Positions 9,807-19,829 of a stretch of DNA of 64,000 nucleotides are shown here, one piece after another. Below the pieces are notes generated by a model that was given only the letters and a program-made list of their open reading frames with translations, was not told the origin of the DNA and did not search any database. The stretch's first letter is position 1; each line of letters begins with the position of its first letter. The translations under genes were made by a program, and so were the position numbers. The stretch comes from Candidatus Micrarchaeota archaeon (GTDB taxonomy: Archaea; Micrarchaeota; Micrarchaeia; Micrarchaeales; Micrarchaeaceae): the NCBI GenBank assembly GCA_021785805.1, contig JAJYEJ010000001.1, forward strand, positions 1,940 to 65,939. The letters run 5' to 3'.

Positions 9807-10980
9807 CGCTCTTCCTGGTCTCCTCTTTCCTCAAAAGAGCTTCGTAGACGCCCTGCGGGACCAGCTTCTGTACAACGCTCTGCCACCCTTCGAGCTTCAG
9901 CATGCTCTTGACGAAGCTTGAGCTCACTATCTCAAGTTCAGGAGGTGGCGAAAGCGACATGTGGACAAGCCTGTCCTCTTCCTTGGTGGCCTTGTCTTCT
10001 ATGTACATGCTTGTTGCCAACACTATCCTTCGTTCCTCTAGCGAATCGGACTGGTCTCTGGTGCCCCTAAGGAGGTATCTTGCGCCGACGGACTTTGCGA
10101 AGTCTGCGGTGAACCTGTTGCCAAGCCCCACTACAGTCACGTTAGGCATGTCCTTCGTGAGCTCCTTTAGCATTGCTATCCTTTCCTCTTCCGAGAACAT
10201 AGGCGTCTTCGAGGAATTCTGCGCTACCGCGATTATCAGCTTCGTGAATATCCTTGCACCCTTCCTTGCGACCCATGCGTGCCCTATGGTAGGCGGATCG
10301 AAACTGCCGGCGTATACCGCAACGGTCTCCGCCGCATTAGCCCTCAGCTCGGCGACGGTGCGCTTTATATTCGACTTCGCCTTCTCCTCATACCTGTCGG
10401 AGAAGAACTGCGTCCTGAAGAGCTGCTTTCTTTCGCCGAACTCGGCAAGGACATTGGCTCTTTCAGCATTGAACGGCTTTCTAGGCACCCACCAGAACTC
10501 GGCTGCGATTTCCCTATCGTACTTGTCGAATATGTCTGGTGGCTGCCCGAGTATGGACAGGTCTATGTCCAGCATGTATTTTGTATCGTTGTCGTCCACC
10601 GGGGCGTTGCGGTGCTTTGTCGCAAGAATTAACTCCCTTACCCTTTCGGCGAAGTCCCTGCTCAATCCGGCACCCATTGCCATCTCCACTGCGAGTTCGG
10701 CGCTCTTCTGCTCGTTCTCCTGACTCCTTGTATCGTAAACCACGTCATGGAACCATAATGCGAATTCGACAGCGAGTGGGTTCTCGAGCTTGTCCCTTAC
10801 AAGATCAAGGTTCTTGAGGCACTCCCCTACATGCGTCATGTTGTGATACGCCCTTCCGGTAGAGTAGGCGTTGTATATAGCCTGGAAAACCGGTATCGGG
10901 TCGCCTTCTGCGGAAATCCCTTTCCACAGTGACATCCACCTCCCCTTTAGGGTGACACTATGCTGGTGTTGTGCTTCCAT
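9799..10980 (-). CDS. Fusion of an HD-superfamily phosphohydrolase and a bacterial-type phosphopantetheine adenylyltransferase (CoaD-like)
   Basis: N: RAYHNMTH, WFHDVVYD, DIDLSILG. C: AVYAGSFDPPTIGH, PMFSEEERIAM, LLRGTR, IVSSSFVK. Confidence 0.85.
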   Translation of the reverse strand: MEAQHQHSVTLKGRWMSLWKGISAEGDPIPVFQAIYNAYSTGRAYHNMTHVGECLKNLDLVRDKLENPLAVEFALWFHDVVYDTRSQENEQKSAELAVEMAMGAGLSRDFAERVRELILATKHRNAPVDDNDTKYMLDIDLSILGQPPDIFDKYDREIAAEFWWVPRKPFNAERANVLAEFGERKQLFRTQFFSDRYEEKAKSNIKRTVAELRANAAETVAVYAGSFDPPTIGHAWVARKGARIFTKLIIAVAQNSSKTPMFSEEERIAMLKELTKDMPNVTVVGLGNRFTADFAKSVGARYLLRGTRDQSDSLEERRIVLATSMYIEDKATKEEDRLVHMSLSPPPELEIVSSSFVKSMLKLEGWQSVVQKLVPQGVYEALLRKEETRKSGA

Positions 10981-11107
10981 ATTCTAGGATGTCCTGGACA
11001 TAATATTTAGCCATTTCGGAAATGCCCAGGATACCGATTGGTTTTGACTTCTTGTGAGATGCGTATCGGCCCGGCCTTTAGGTCGTTTTTTGTGCTGAGA
11101 TGGTGTA

Positions 11108-12589
11108 TCAACCCTTGGCCACGCCCAACGGGACCAGCCTGGCTACCGCCTTCGAGATGTTCGCGCCTTCTACGCTTGCGACCACATCGTCTATGTTCTT
11201 GTACGCCCATTCCGCTTCCTCGCTGATCAGGCTGCGGCTGCGCACCCTTATCGCTATGTTCTTCCTCTCCATCTCATCGATTGTCTTCTTGGCCGGAATT
11301 TCCCTTATGGCCTGATGCCTCGACATTAACCTTCCTGCGCCGTGGCATGATGAGCCGAACGTCTCAAGCATGCTGCCCTCCCTCCCGGCAAGGACGTAGC
11401 TCGCTGTGCCCATGCTCCCGGGGATAAGGACTGGCTGTCCTACGTCCCTGTATGCTCTCGGTATTTCCTTTCTCCCGGGTGCAAACGCCCTTGTCGCGCC
11501 CTTCCTGTGGACATATACCCTCATGCGCTTGCCATTGACGTTGTGCTCCTCTAGCTTCGCTATGTTGTGGGACAGGTCATACAGTATCCGCATACCGAGC
11601 TTATCCGCGCTGCTCTCCAGGGCTTCCTCGAAGCTCTTTCTTATGAAGTGCGTCATTATCTGCCTGTTCGCAAACGCGAAGTTCACCGCTGCTTTCATCG
11701 CCCCTAGATAGTTGTCGGCCTCTTTTGACCCGACGAACGCATAGCCCAGTTCCGGATCCGGAAACTTTATACTGTTCCTCTTCTCGTAGCCTACAAGCTC
11801 CCTTAGGTAGTCGCTGCATACCTGGTGGCCGTATCCCCTTGAGCCGCTGTGCAGCATTATGACGACCTGTCCTTCGAACATGCCGTATGCCTTAGCCATT
11901 TTCTCGTCAAGTATCTTCTCCACGCTCTGGACTTCGGCAAAATGGTTCCCTGCGCCAAGTGTGCCGAGTTGAGGCTTGCCTCTCTGCTTCGCAAGCTGGC
12001 TCACCTTGCTCGTGTCCGCTCCTTCCATGCCGCCATTCTCCTCTATGAACTCCGTGTCATCCTTGAATCCGTATCCCTTTTCTACAGCGTATGATGCGCC
12101 TTCTGAAGCCACCTTATCCATGTCCTTCTCGGTGAATCCGAGGTTCAGCTTGCTGCCTACCCCGCTAGGGACGTTCTTGAACATCGCATCCATCACCTTC
12201 GAGATGCTCGGGGCCAGCTCCTTCACGGAGAGGTTGGTCTTTATCAGCCTGATGCCGCAATTTATGTCGAAACCCACCGCACCTGGGGAGATTATGCCGT
12301 TATCCGCGTCGAAAGCGGCGACTCCCCCTATTGGGAAGCCATACCCTTCATGTCCATCAGGCATGACAAGCATGTTCTCCACTATGGATGGCATCGTAGC
12401 TGCGTTGGCTGCCTGACCCAGGGTCCTGTCCCTTTGCATGAGCTCGGCTACCTTGCTGTTCGCATATATGCGCACAGGCACCTTCATGCCCTTTTCCGGA
12501 TCAGCCTTAATCTCCCATTTGAATTCCGTAAGCCTGTCCATCTTTCTCTCTCCCGGCATAGCATCAGCTTCTGGACGTATCTGTATCAT
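11108..12589 (-). CDS. rtcB: RNA-splicing ligase RtcB
   Basis: MPDGHEGYGFPIGG, VGFDINCG, LGTLGAGNHF, HSGSRG, HRKGAT, SSCHGAGR; true start may be slightly downstream. Confidence 0.97.
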   Translation of the reverse strand: MIQIRPEADAMPGERKMDRLTEFKWEIKADPEKGMKVPVRIYANSKVAELMQRDRTLGQAANAATMPSIVENMLVMPDGHEGYGFPIGGVAAFDADNGIISPGAVGFDINCGIRLIKTNLSVKELAPSISKVMDAMFKNVPSGVGSKLNLGFTEKDMDKVASEGASYAVEKGYGFKDDTEFIEENGGMEGADTSKVSQLAKQRGKPQLGTLGAGNHFAEVQSVEKILDEKMAKAYGMFEGQVVIMLHSGSRGYGHQVCSDYLRELVGYEKRNSIKFPDPELGYAFVGSKEADNYLGAMKAAVNFAFANRQIMTHFIRKSFEEALESSADKLGMRILYDLSHNIAKLEEHNVNGKRMRVYVHRKGATRAFAPGRKEIPRAYRDVGQPVLIPGSMGTASYVLAGREGSMLETFGSSCHGAGRLMSRHQAIREIPAKKTIDEMERKNIAIRVRSRSLISEEAEWAYKNIDDVVASVEGANISKAVARLVPLGVAKG

Positions 12590-12665
12590 CTTTACGATCT
12601 TTATCGTATGTGGTAGACAAACCTATTTATGCTTGACAGGTCAAAAAACAATGCAAATAGGTGTG

Positions 12666-12992
12666 ATGATGGCTGTAATCGATGTGACCGAAGCTACATT
12701 TGAAGCAGAAGTTTTGAAATCAAACATGCCCGTAATCGTAGATATATGGGCAACATGGTGCGGCCCATGCAGGATGTATTCCCCCATAGTAGACGAGGTA
12801 TCGAAGGAGTACGACGGCAAGATAAAGTTCGTCAAGATCGATGCTGATGAGAATAACAGCCTCGCAGCGAAGTACAATGTGATGAGCATACCTACAACCA
12901 TGCTCTTCATGGGCGGGAAGGTGAAGGCGATAAGCGTAGGGGCCGTTCCCAAGGAAACCCTAAAGAAGTGGATAGAGAAGAACCTACACTGA
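12666..12992 (+). CDS. trxA: Thioredoxin
   Basis: WATWCGPC active site, MSIPT cis-Pro loop. Confidence 0.95.
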   Translation: MMAVIDVTEATFEAEVLKSNMPVIVDIWATWCGPCRMYSPIVDEVSKEYDGKIKFVKIDADENNSLAAKYNVMSIPTTMLFMGGKVKAISVGAVPKETLKKWIEKNLH

Positions 12993-13107
12993 CGGCGGGT
13001 CAGGCTTACCTGTCCAGAAACCTTATATATTTCTTCTTCATTTCATTATCAGATGAAGTGAGAGTGATGGCTAGCCAACACAATCATACTGCGCGAATAG
13101 CAGGCAG

Positions 13108-13380
13108 TTGCGTGTCTCTGGATCGCAGAGTAGGGGCTTGAGGCTGGTCTTGCTCAGGGCGCTTAACGAAAACCAGATCCTTATCCTGTCGAGCGTCAAC
13201 GGCATGCGGAACATAACCTCACTACTAGCAGATGTAGCTGGGGAGTCGGGGGTTCCGATATCTACCCTGAAACTTAATGCAAAAATCCTCAAGGAACTCG
13301 GGCTCATAGACTTCAACGGTGCGCCGGCGACGGTTACGGAGCTCGGAAGGCTCATCATAAACATACTAGGTGAGAGGTGA
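13108..13380 (+). CDS. Winged-helix DNA-binding protein
   Basis: VAGESGVPISTLKLNAKILKELGLI...VTELGR wHTH pattern; start uncertain. Confidence 0.65.
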   Translation: MRVSGSQSRGLRLVLLRALNENQILILSSVNGMRNITSLLADVAGESGVPISTLKLNAKILKELGLIDFNGAPATVTELGRLIINILGER

Positions 13381-13682
13381 TGGGGATGAGTACTGATGCT
13401 TGCCTGTTTGAGGATGCCGTCAGGAGGAACGACCTTTCCGGCACCATGCGGCTTATGGGGTCCACAAGCCAGGAAACCCTAGACTGGTATTTAAATAGAT
13501 TCGTTTATAGTAATAATCGAAGCTTCGTGCTTGAATTGCTTAGGGGAGGCGCCAATCCGAATGCGATGGACTTCTGGAATGGTGAAACCGCTATTGAGAA
13601 GGCAAGGAGGCTCGGTTATCCTGACATCGAAAGGCTTCTCCGCAGTTATATAAGAAGAGGTATGAAAGAAAAGAGGCGATGA
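13377..13682 (+). CDS. Small ankyrin-repeat-like protein
   Basis: LLRGGANPNAMDFWNGETAIEKARRLGYPDIERLL matches the ankyrin consensus. Confidence 0.65.
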   Translation: MMGMSTDACLFEDAVRRNDLSGTMRLMGSTSQETLDWYLNRFVYSNNRSFVLELLRGGANPNAMDFWNGETAIEKARRLGYPDIERLLRSYIRRGMKEKRR

Positions 13683-13683
13683 T

Positions 13684-14964
13684 ATGGCAAACATCCCATT
13701 CCCAAGGGGAGTAAGAGACCTTATGCCGAACGAGGCTCTGTTCAGGAACGAGCTTCTTGGCAAGGCGGAGGCCATATTCCAGAGATTCGGCTTCCTCGCG
13801 ATAGACACCCCGACCTTTGAATCCCTGAAGATCCTGAAAGCGAAGGGGGCGATAGGCGAAGATGTAAAGCTGCTCTATGAAACTAACGAGGATCTTGGCT
13901 TAAGATACGATTTCACCGTGTCACTTGCACGTTATGTGAGCATGCACCAGGACCTGCCGCTCCCATTCAGGCGATACGCCATAGGCAAGAGCTGGAGGAG
14001 GGAGGAGCCGCAGCGACTTAGGTACAGGGAGTTCACGCAGGCCGATGTAGACATCGTCGGAGGCAGGGGACCGGCAGCTGATGCAGAGGTCATAGCCGTC
14101 CCTTCTATAATCCTTGAGGAGATAGGCCTGGATTATACTGTCTTGATAAATAATAGGAAAATAGTCGAACAGATGCTTTCGTCCTTCGGGATCCCGAAGG
14201 ACAGGTCTATCGCCGTTATGCGAGCCGTGGACAAGCTTGAAAAAATAGGCGAAGACGGAGTGACAAAGCTCCTTGTGGAAGCCGGCATCGATAAGGATGT
14301 GATAAGGAGGATCATGGACTTCATTGCGCTCAAGGGATCGAATGATGACAAACTCGCGTACGTCTCAGCCATACTCAAGGAGGGAGATGGCAATACGGCG
14401 ATAGGAGAGCTAAAGCAGACATTACAGCTTCTCGCAGCTTACGGGCTCAAGGGAACCATGATGGTTGACTTCTCGCTGATGAGGGGATTCGATTATTATA
14501 CGGACATAGTGATGGAGGTCAAGGCGAACACCAAGAAGACACGGTCGTCCATAGGGGGTGGTGGAAGGTATGACAAGCTCATATCCTTATACGGAGGCAA
14601 GGACCTGCCTGCCGTTGGCATGAGCCTCGGCATAGACCGGATACTCGATCTCCTGGACTTCTCGTCTTCCACGAAGTACACGTACGCGAAGGCGTTCGTG
14701 ATAAACGTGAAGGACAAGAATTACGCTTATGCGCTCAAGGTGGCGAACTTCCTCAGAGCGAATGGCATCTCTATCGACATAAATGTCGCCACCCGAAACA
14801 TTTCCAATCAGTTGTCGTATGCGAACTCCCTCAAGATAGGCTATGCGATAATAGTTGGCGACGAGGAGGAGAGGAGCAACAAGGTGAAGCTCAGGAACCT
14901 CGTGGACGGACAGGAGACCATGCTGCCTCTGAGCGAGGCATTAGCAAAGCTTAAAGGCACATGA
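13684..14964 (+). CDS. hisS: Histidine--tRNA ligase
   Basis: PRGVRD, LRYDFTV, RYREFTQAD, RGFDYYT, GGGRYD. Confidence 0.97.
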   Translation: MANIPFPRGVRDLMPNEALFRNELLGKAEAIFQRFGFLAIDTPTFESLKILKAKGAIGEDVKLLYETNEDLGLRYDFTVSLARYVSMHQDLPLPFRRYAIGKSWRREEPQRLRYREFTQADVDIVGGRGPAADAEVIAVPSIILEEIGLDYTVLINNRKIVEQMLSSFGIPKDRSIAVMRAVDKLEKIGEDGVTKLLVEAGIDKDVIRRIMDFIALKGSNDDKLAYVSAILKEGDGNTAIGELKQTLQLLAAYGLKGTMMVDFSLMRGFDYYTDIVMEVKANTKKTRSSIGGGGRYDKLISLYGGKDLPAVGMSLGIDRILDLLDFSSSTKYTYAKAFVINVKDKNYAYALKVANFLRANGISIDINVATRNISNQLSYANSLKIGYAIIVGDEEERSNKVKLRNLVDGQETMLPLSEALAKLKGT

Positions 14965-15010
14965 ACAGTATAGTATATCGGTAAATAAGATTTATTTGAG
15001 TTGAGTGTAC

Positions 15011-15526
15011 ATGGCTAAGTCGCAAGTCGATGCAGTGACCGATGAAAAGATCGCAAAGGGAGGGGTGCTCATTAAGTTCTACTTTGACATGCAGCATAAG
15101 GATAAGGACAAGCTGCAGCCGCTCATGGTGGAGCTGATAAACGAGAGGCTGATGAAGGAGATAGGTGTAGTATACGCGTTCGGGGCGATAGAAGAGGAGA
15201 TAGAGTTCAAGGGAGTCTATTCGACAAGCGCTGTCGTCACCATACTGTTCGAGAACTTCTTCGCCGCAGTTGCAGTGGCATTGAACTATTCTCCAGCTGG
15301 GCTTGAGATAATAAAGCCGACCAAGGAGATGCATTTCAGGACAGGTGAGCTCCAGAGCCTGCTGATGAGCCTGTCCCAGAGGGCGGCCGACTACTCCAGA
15401 TACGTGCTTGAAAAGGTCCTAAGTCCAGAGGAGCTGGAGGAGATGAACAGGTCGATGGAAAACAGGGAAAGGGTAGGAAGGGCGCTATTGGACAAGTCAA
15501 AACAGGAAGAAGGGAAGAAGGACTAA
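15011..15526 (+). CDS. Hypothetical protein
   Basis: ~171 aa ORF with host-like codon usage; no motif recognised. Confidence 0.7.
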   Translation: MAKSQVDAVTDEKIAKGGVLIKFYFDMQHKDKDKLQPLMVELINERLMKEIGVVYAFGAIEEEIEFKGVYSTSAVVTILFENFFAAVAVALNYSPAGLEIIKPTKEMHFRTGELQSLLMSLSQRAADYSRYVLEKVLSPEELEEMNRSMENRERVGRALLDKSKQEEGKKD

Positions 15527-15619
15527 CGCTTTTGATTTGCTCATTACCAGCCCAATAGTCAGCTTGGCACTACTTATGCGGTTGGATCGGTTGGTTTGTC
15601 AGCACCGTTAATTTGAGCT

Positions 15620-16192
15620 CTATCTGGGCATGCGACCCGTCATGCATACTTTGATTATGTGGTCGTACCTCAGAGAGTCGCGCACCGCCTTTCTTATCGG
15701 AATCCGTTTGTTCTCGAACATCGCCAGGACCTGCCTGTTTCCGATACCTGACCTCGTCATGTGTTCCTTGCGCGTCATATACTCCAACACACGCTTCTTA
15801 GGCCGTTGCGAATCACGATTGACATATGCGGCTGCGAACAGGAATGCCGCGCCTTCGAAAAATTCCCCGATCCGTTCGGTGGCTTTTTTACCCAATGGTC
15901 TCCTGAGCCTTTTCCAGAAAAGCATATCCTGGGTATAATGCAGGAACTCGTGCGCCACCATCTCGCCGATTCCGAGATTCTCAGGATTGTAACCCGGGTT
16001 TATGAATATCGTGTCGTATGAGTACCATGCCGCGTCATTCTCTCCAGAGGATTTCTTTATACCAGGCATGCTCATCTTTATCCCTGTAAGCTTCTGGAAA
16101 AAGGCATAGACGCTAGAAAGTTCGTCGTGAAGCTTATTTCGGGCCATAGTTGTCAACCTTGTACCACACAGGTCCATAACTCGTGTCTTCAA
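15620..16192 (-). CDS. Hypothetical HExxH (zincin-like) protein
   Basis: VAHEFLHYTQ plus downstream EGAA; true start probably downstream of the cysS stop. Confidence 0.55.
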   Translation of the reverse strand: MKTRVMDLCGTRLTTMARNKLHDELSSVYAFFQKLTGIKMSMPGIKKSSGENDAAWYSYDTIFINPGYNPENLGIGEMVAHEFLHYTQDMLFWKRLRRPLGKKATERIGEFFEGAAFLFAAAYVNRDSQRPKKRVLEYMTRKEHMTRSGIGNRQVLAMFENKRIPIRKAVRDSLRYDHIIKVCMTGRMPR

Positions 16193-17585
16193 GCACTATC
16201 TCGTATTCTTTCTTCAGCTGCGCCCTAAGGGCATCTGCCTGGTCAAAATTCTTTGCCTTTCTTAGCGCCTCCCTCTTCCTCATCAGAGCCTCAGCTTCGG
16301 CAGGCAGCCTCTCTTTGTACGTGTTCTCTTGCAGTATCCCGAATATCCCAGCCATCTGGAGTGCGGCATCTATCGCATCCTTCTTGGCCTTCTCCCCTAT
16401 TTGGGTGTGTGCCTCTGCGAAACTGCGGAGTTTGCTTATGAAGTCGACCAGCCCGGTAAGCGCAAGTGAGGTGTTGAAGTCGTTGTTCATGGCTTCCGTG
16501 AATTCCGTTATGGATGTCCTAGAGGACTCTTCTATTGCCTTATCGTCGCTTGTCGGATTCCTGGTCTCACCCATATTATAGAATATGCTGAACGACGAGT
16601 ACAGGTACCTTAACTTCTTCAACGCCTCAGACATCGTCGACTCCTTATAGTTGACGTCTTTCCTGTAGTGCGTTGCCGCATAGAACAGTCGCAACGCTTC
16701 TGGCGGGTACTTTTCCAATGCTTCGCGTATCGTGACGAAGTTCTTTAGGCTCTTGCTCATCTTGGCGTCATTTACGTTGAAAACCCCGCAGTGCAGCCAA
16801 TACCTGACGAACGGCGCTTTCCCGAATGCCGCTTCAGCCTGGGCGATCTCATTGGTATGATGAGGGAATATGAGTTCTGACGCTCCTCCGTGGATGTCGT
16901 AGGTTGGGCCGAATATCTTCCAGGTCATGGCTGTATCCTCTATGTGCCAACCTGGCCTTCCAGAGAGCTTGACTTCCTTACCGTCCACCTTAAGCGTTAT
17001 CCCCCACTGCGGTTCGCCGGGCTTGGCAGCCTTCCATAGTGCAAAGTCGTAAGCGTTCCTCTTCCCTTCCTTCGGCTCTATCCTGTGCCTCTCGAGCTCT
17101 GATAGCTTCATCCTGGAAAGTTTGGTGTAATCCTCGAACTTAGATACGTCATAGTAGACGTCGCCGTCAATCGTATAGGCGTAACCCTTGTCCATCAACA
17201 TCTGGATTTGCTCCTGCATCTCCTTTATGTAGTCCATGGACCTAGGATATTCATCTACATCCTGTTTGACTCCGAGTTTCGTCATGTCCTCAAGCAGGCG
17301 TTTTTCGTATTCCCGGGCAAGCGCGGTAGCGTCCATACCCTGCTCGTTCGCCCTCTTGATTATCTTATCATCTATGTCCGTGATGTTCTGTACGTAACGC
17401 ACCTTGTAACCAATATGGCGCAGCCACCTCACTATAAAATCGAAGTCGATATACGCCTTTGCGTGCCCTAAATGCGCATCGTCGTATACCGTAGAGCCGC
17501 AGACGAACATGTTTACGGTGTTGTCACTCATCGGTTTGAACTCCTCCTTCTTACGGGTAAGGGTGTTGTATACGATAAGCGCCAT
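16134..17585 (-). CDS. cysS: Cysteine--tRNA ligase
   Basis: CGSTVYDDAHLGH, NITDIDDKII, GRPGWHIE, KMSKS. Confidence 0.97.
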   Translation of the reverse strand: MALIVYNTLTRKKEEFKPMSDNTVNMFVCGSTVYDDAHLGHAKAYIDFDFIVRWLRHIGYKVRYVQNITDIDDKIIKRANEQGMDATALAREYEKRLLEDMTKLGVKQDVDEYPRSMDYIKEMQEQIQMLMDKGYAYTIDGDVYYDVSKFEDYTKLSRMKLSELERHRIEPKEGKRNAYDFALWKAAKPGEPQWGITLKVDGKEVKLSGRPGWHIEDTAMTWKIFGPTYDIHGGASELIFPHHTNEIAQAEAAFGKAPFVRYWLHCGVFNVNDAKMSKSLKNFVTIREALEKYPPEALRLFYAATHYRKDVNYKESTMSEALKKLRYLYSSFSIFYNMGETRNPTSDDKAIEESSRTSITEFTEAMNNDFNTSLALTGLVDFISKLRSFAEAHTQIGEKAKKDAIDAALQMAGIFGILQENTYKERLPAEAEALMRKREALRKAKNFDQADALRAQLKKEYEIVLEDTSYGPVWYKVDNYGPK

Positions 17586-18017
17586 TGGACCACAGCTATT
17601 GCATTTAGCTAATGCATCTCTCTTTTAAAAGGATTCTGTCTGAAGTAATTGCTAAACCGCTCATTTCCTATCCCTGTGGTTTCTGTGGCGTATCTTTTAT
17701 TCCGTCCAACACAGATGGTGCCTCTTTGATATGTTTCACAAGTCCCTAATCCGTCGCTATGTTTTTAACATTGTCGCAGGGAACACCGTACGGTAACTTC
17801 TCACCCCAACGTGGCATTATCCCGGATACCATCCTTTTCATGAAGTTGATGATTTCCTCGTATTTTAAGAAAGCTACCCATCCCGCAAGCAGGGCGTTTG
17901 CACCAAGCGATATCGGTGAACCCTCTTTCGGATTTAGTCTTTGTGAGAACCTTTTGTCACATTGCAGTGGCAAACCTTACCTGCACACTTGCTTTTTATA
18001 TCTTGGTTTGGTTAGTC

Positions 18018-19013
18018 ATGAATGAGGGTCCTAGCATGGAGACTATAATAGAGGCAAAATGCCTCACCAAGAAGTTCAGGACAAAGCACAAGGCAGCAGG
18101 GCTTCTGGGAAGCATGAAATCGGTAATCAGGCCAGAGATGAAGGAACACATAGCCGTAGATAACATATCGTTCAGTGTCCAGAGAGGAGAGGTTGTCGGC
18201 TTCCTCGGCCCGAACGGAGCAGGAAAGAGCACCACGATAAAGATGCTTATAGGGATACTGTTCCCGGATGGAGGCGAGGTCTCGGTACTGGGGATGAAGC
18301 CCTGGAAGCGGAGGCAGCAGCTCGCATTCAAGCTTGGTGCGGTCTTCGGCCAGAAGCCGCAGCTATGGTATCACCTGCCCGCAATCGATACCTTCAATCT
18401 TATGTCCAAGATATACGAAATCGAGCCTAGTCGGTATAGGAGGAGGCTGGACTACCTGGTGGACCTGTTCGACATAGACTATCTTGATGTCCCAGTAAGG
18501 AGGCTGTCTCTCGGGCAACGAATGAGGGCGGAGGTAGTGGCATCTCTGCTTCACGAGCCTGAGATACTGCTGCTTGACGAACCGACCATCGGTCTTGACA
18601 TAATAGCGAAGCAGAAAATGCGCGACCTAATAAAGAGGCTCAACAAGGATGAGAAGGTCACCGTGTTCCTTACATCGCACGACATGGACGATGTTGAAAA
18701 ACTATGCAAACGCATAATGGTAATAAACGATGGTAAGATAGTGTTCAACGGAACCATAGACTCGCTTCGCAATGGCTACTTACTGAGCAAGGAGATTGAC
18801 GTAAAGTTCAGCAGTGCGCCCAAGAGGTTCTCATTCCCGGGGGCGAAAGTCACAAAGCGAGGAAGCTATAGCCTTTCCATACAGTTGCAGCAAGGCAAGG
18901 GCAAGATAAGCGAACTGATAGACTACCTGACAGATAACTTCGAGGTGCTCGATGTTAACATCTCCGACCCTTCGGTAGAGGACATAGTGGCGAAGATATA
19001 CAGGGGAAGATGA
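18018..19013 (+). CDS. ABC-2 type transporter ATP-binding protein
   Basis: GPNGAGKST, LSLGQ, LLLDEPT, TSHD. Confidence 0.95.
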   Translation: MNEGPSMETIIEAKCLTKKFRTKHKAAGLLGSMKSVIRPEMKEHIAVDNISFSVQRGEVVGFLGPNGAGKSTTIKMLIGILFPDGGEVSVLGMKPWKRRQQLAFKLGAVFGQKPQLWYHLPAIDTFNLMSKIYEIEPSRYRRRLDYLVDLFDIDYLDVPVRRLSLGQRMRAEVVASLLHEPEILLLDEPTIGLDIIAKQKMRDLIKRLNKDEKVTVFLTSHDMDDVEKLCKRIMVINDGKIVFNGTIDSLRNGYLLSKEIDVKFSSAPKRFSFPGAKVTKRGSYSLSIQLQQGKGKISELIDYLTDNFEVLDVNISDPSVEDIVAKIYRGR

Positions 19014-19031
19014 CACTGTTATGGTGATGCG

Positions 19032-19829
19032 ATGTCGCTTGCAAAGTATTATGAGATTACCAAGGTCGAAGTGCTCAATACGCTTGCGTATCCGTACAAC
19101 CTCTTCGGCAGGGGGCTCTTCATAGCCCTTATCATTTTCATATTCTTCAACCTATGGAGCGTCATTTACAGGGAAGGAGGCAGCGGCATACTGGGCTTCT
19201 CGCTAGTTACACTGATATGGTATCTGGCCATGTCTGAATCAGCAGCAAACGGAAGCATGAGCACGGATTTGGTGCGGAAGATATCGGAGGGTATACAGAC
19301 TGGAGACATAGCTTACACACTCAACAGGCCATACAACTTCATGATATACCAATTCGCCTACTCGATGGGGACGAACACACTGGTCACTGTGGTGGTTTTT
19401 GCATTCACAGGAATTGCATCGTACCTGCTTGTAGGCCCGTTACAGATAAATATGATTGCGGTCCCGTTTGTGATTATATCTATAGTTCTCGCTTTAGTGC
19501 TCGGATTCCTGATGAACTTCGCAATAGGAATCCTGGCATTCTGGTTCGAGGAGGTGAGGTCGGTAAGGTGGATAAACGAGAAGTTCATATTTGTGCTCGG
19601 GGGCATGCTCGTCCCGATAAACTTATTTCCCGGGGTGCTCAGGCAGATAGCCTTGCTACTGCCTTTCAGCTACATGTCCTATGCTCCGGCTTATCTCATG
19701 GTTAACTTCAGCCTTCCGTTCTTCATACAGAGCGTGCTGATGCAGCTGATGTGGATAGCGGTATACGCTGTTGTTGCTTATGGGATGTACAGGAAAGGGA
19801 TCAAGAGGGTGTCTACGAATGGGGGCTAG
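19032..19829 (+). CDS. ABC-2 family permease
   Basis: ~6 TM helices, TGDIAYTLNRP, operon context. Confidence 0.88.
   Translation: MSLAKYYEITKVEVLNTLAYPYNLFGRGLFIALIIFIFFNLWSVIYREGGSGILGFSLVTLIWYLAMSESAANGSMSTDLVRKISEGIQTGDIAYTLNRPYNFMIYQFAYSMGTNTLVTVVVFAFTGIASYLLVGPLQINMIAVPFVIISIVLALVLGFLMNFAIGILAFWFEEVRSVRWINEKFIFVLGGMLVPINLFPGVLRQIALLLPFSYMSYAPAYLMVNFSLPFFIQSVLMQLMWIAVYAVVAYGMYRKGIKRVSTNGG

Noticed and set aside
9902..10723. 273-aa plus-strand ORF and many similar antisense ORFs in the track
   Set aside because: Ser/Leu-rich shadows of real genes on the opposite strand
17600..18017. Short ORFs or TAG read-through upstream of cysS
   Set aside because: No recognisable motifs and no pyrrolysine machinery in view; TAG is a normal stop in several genes here
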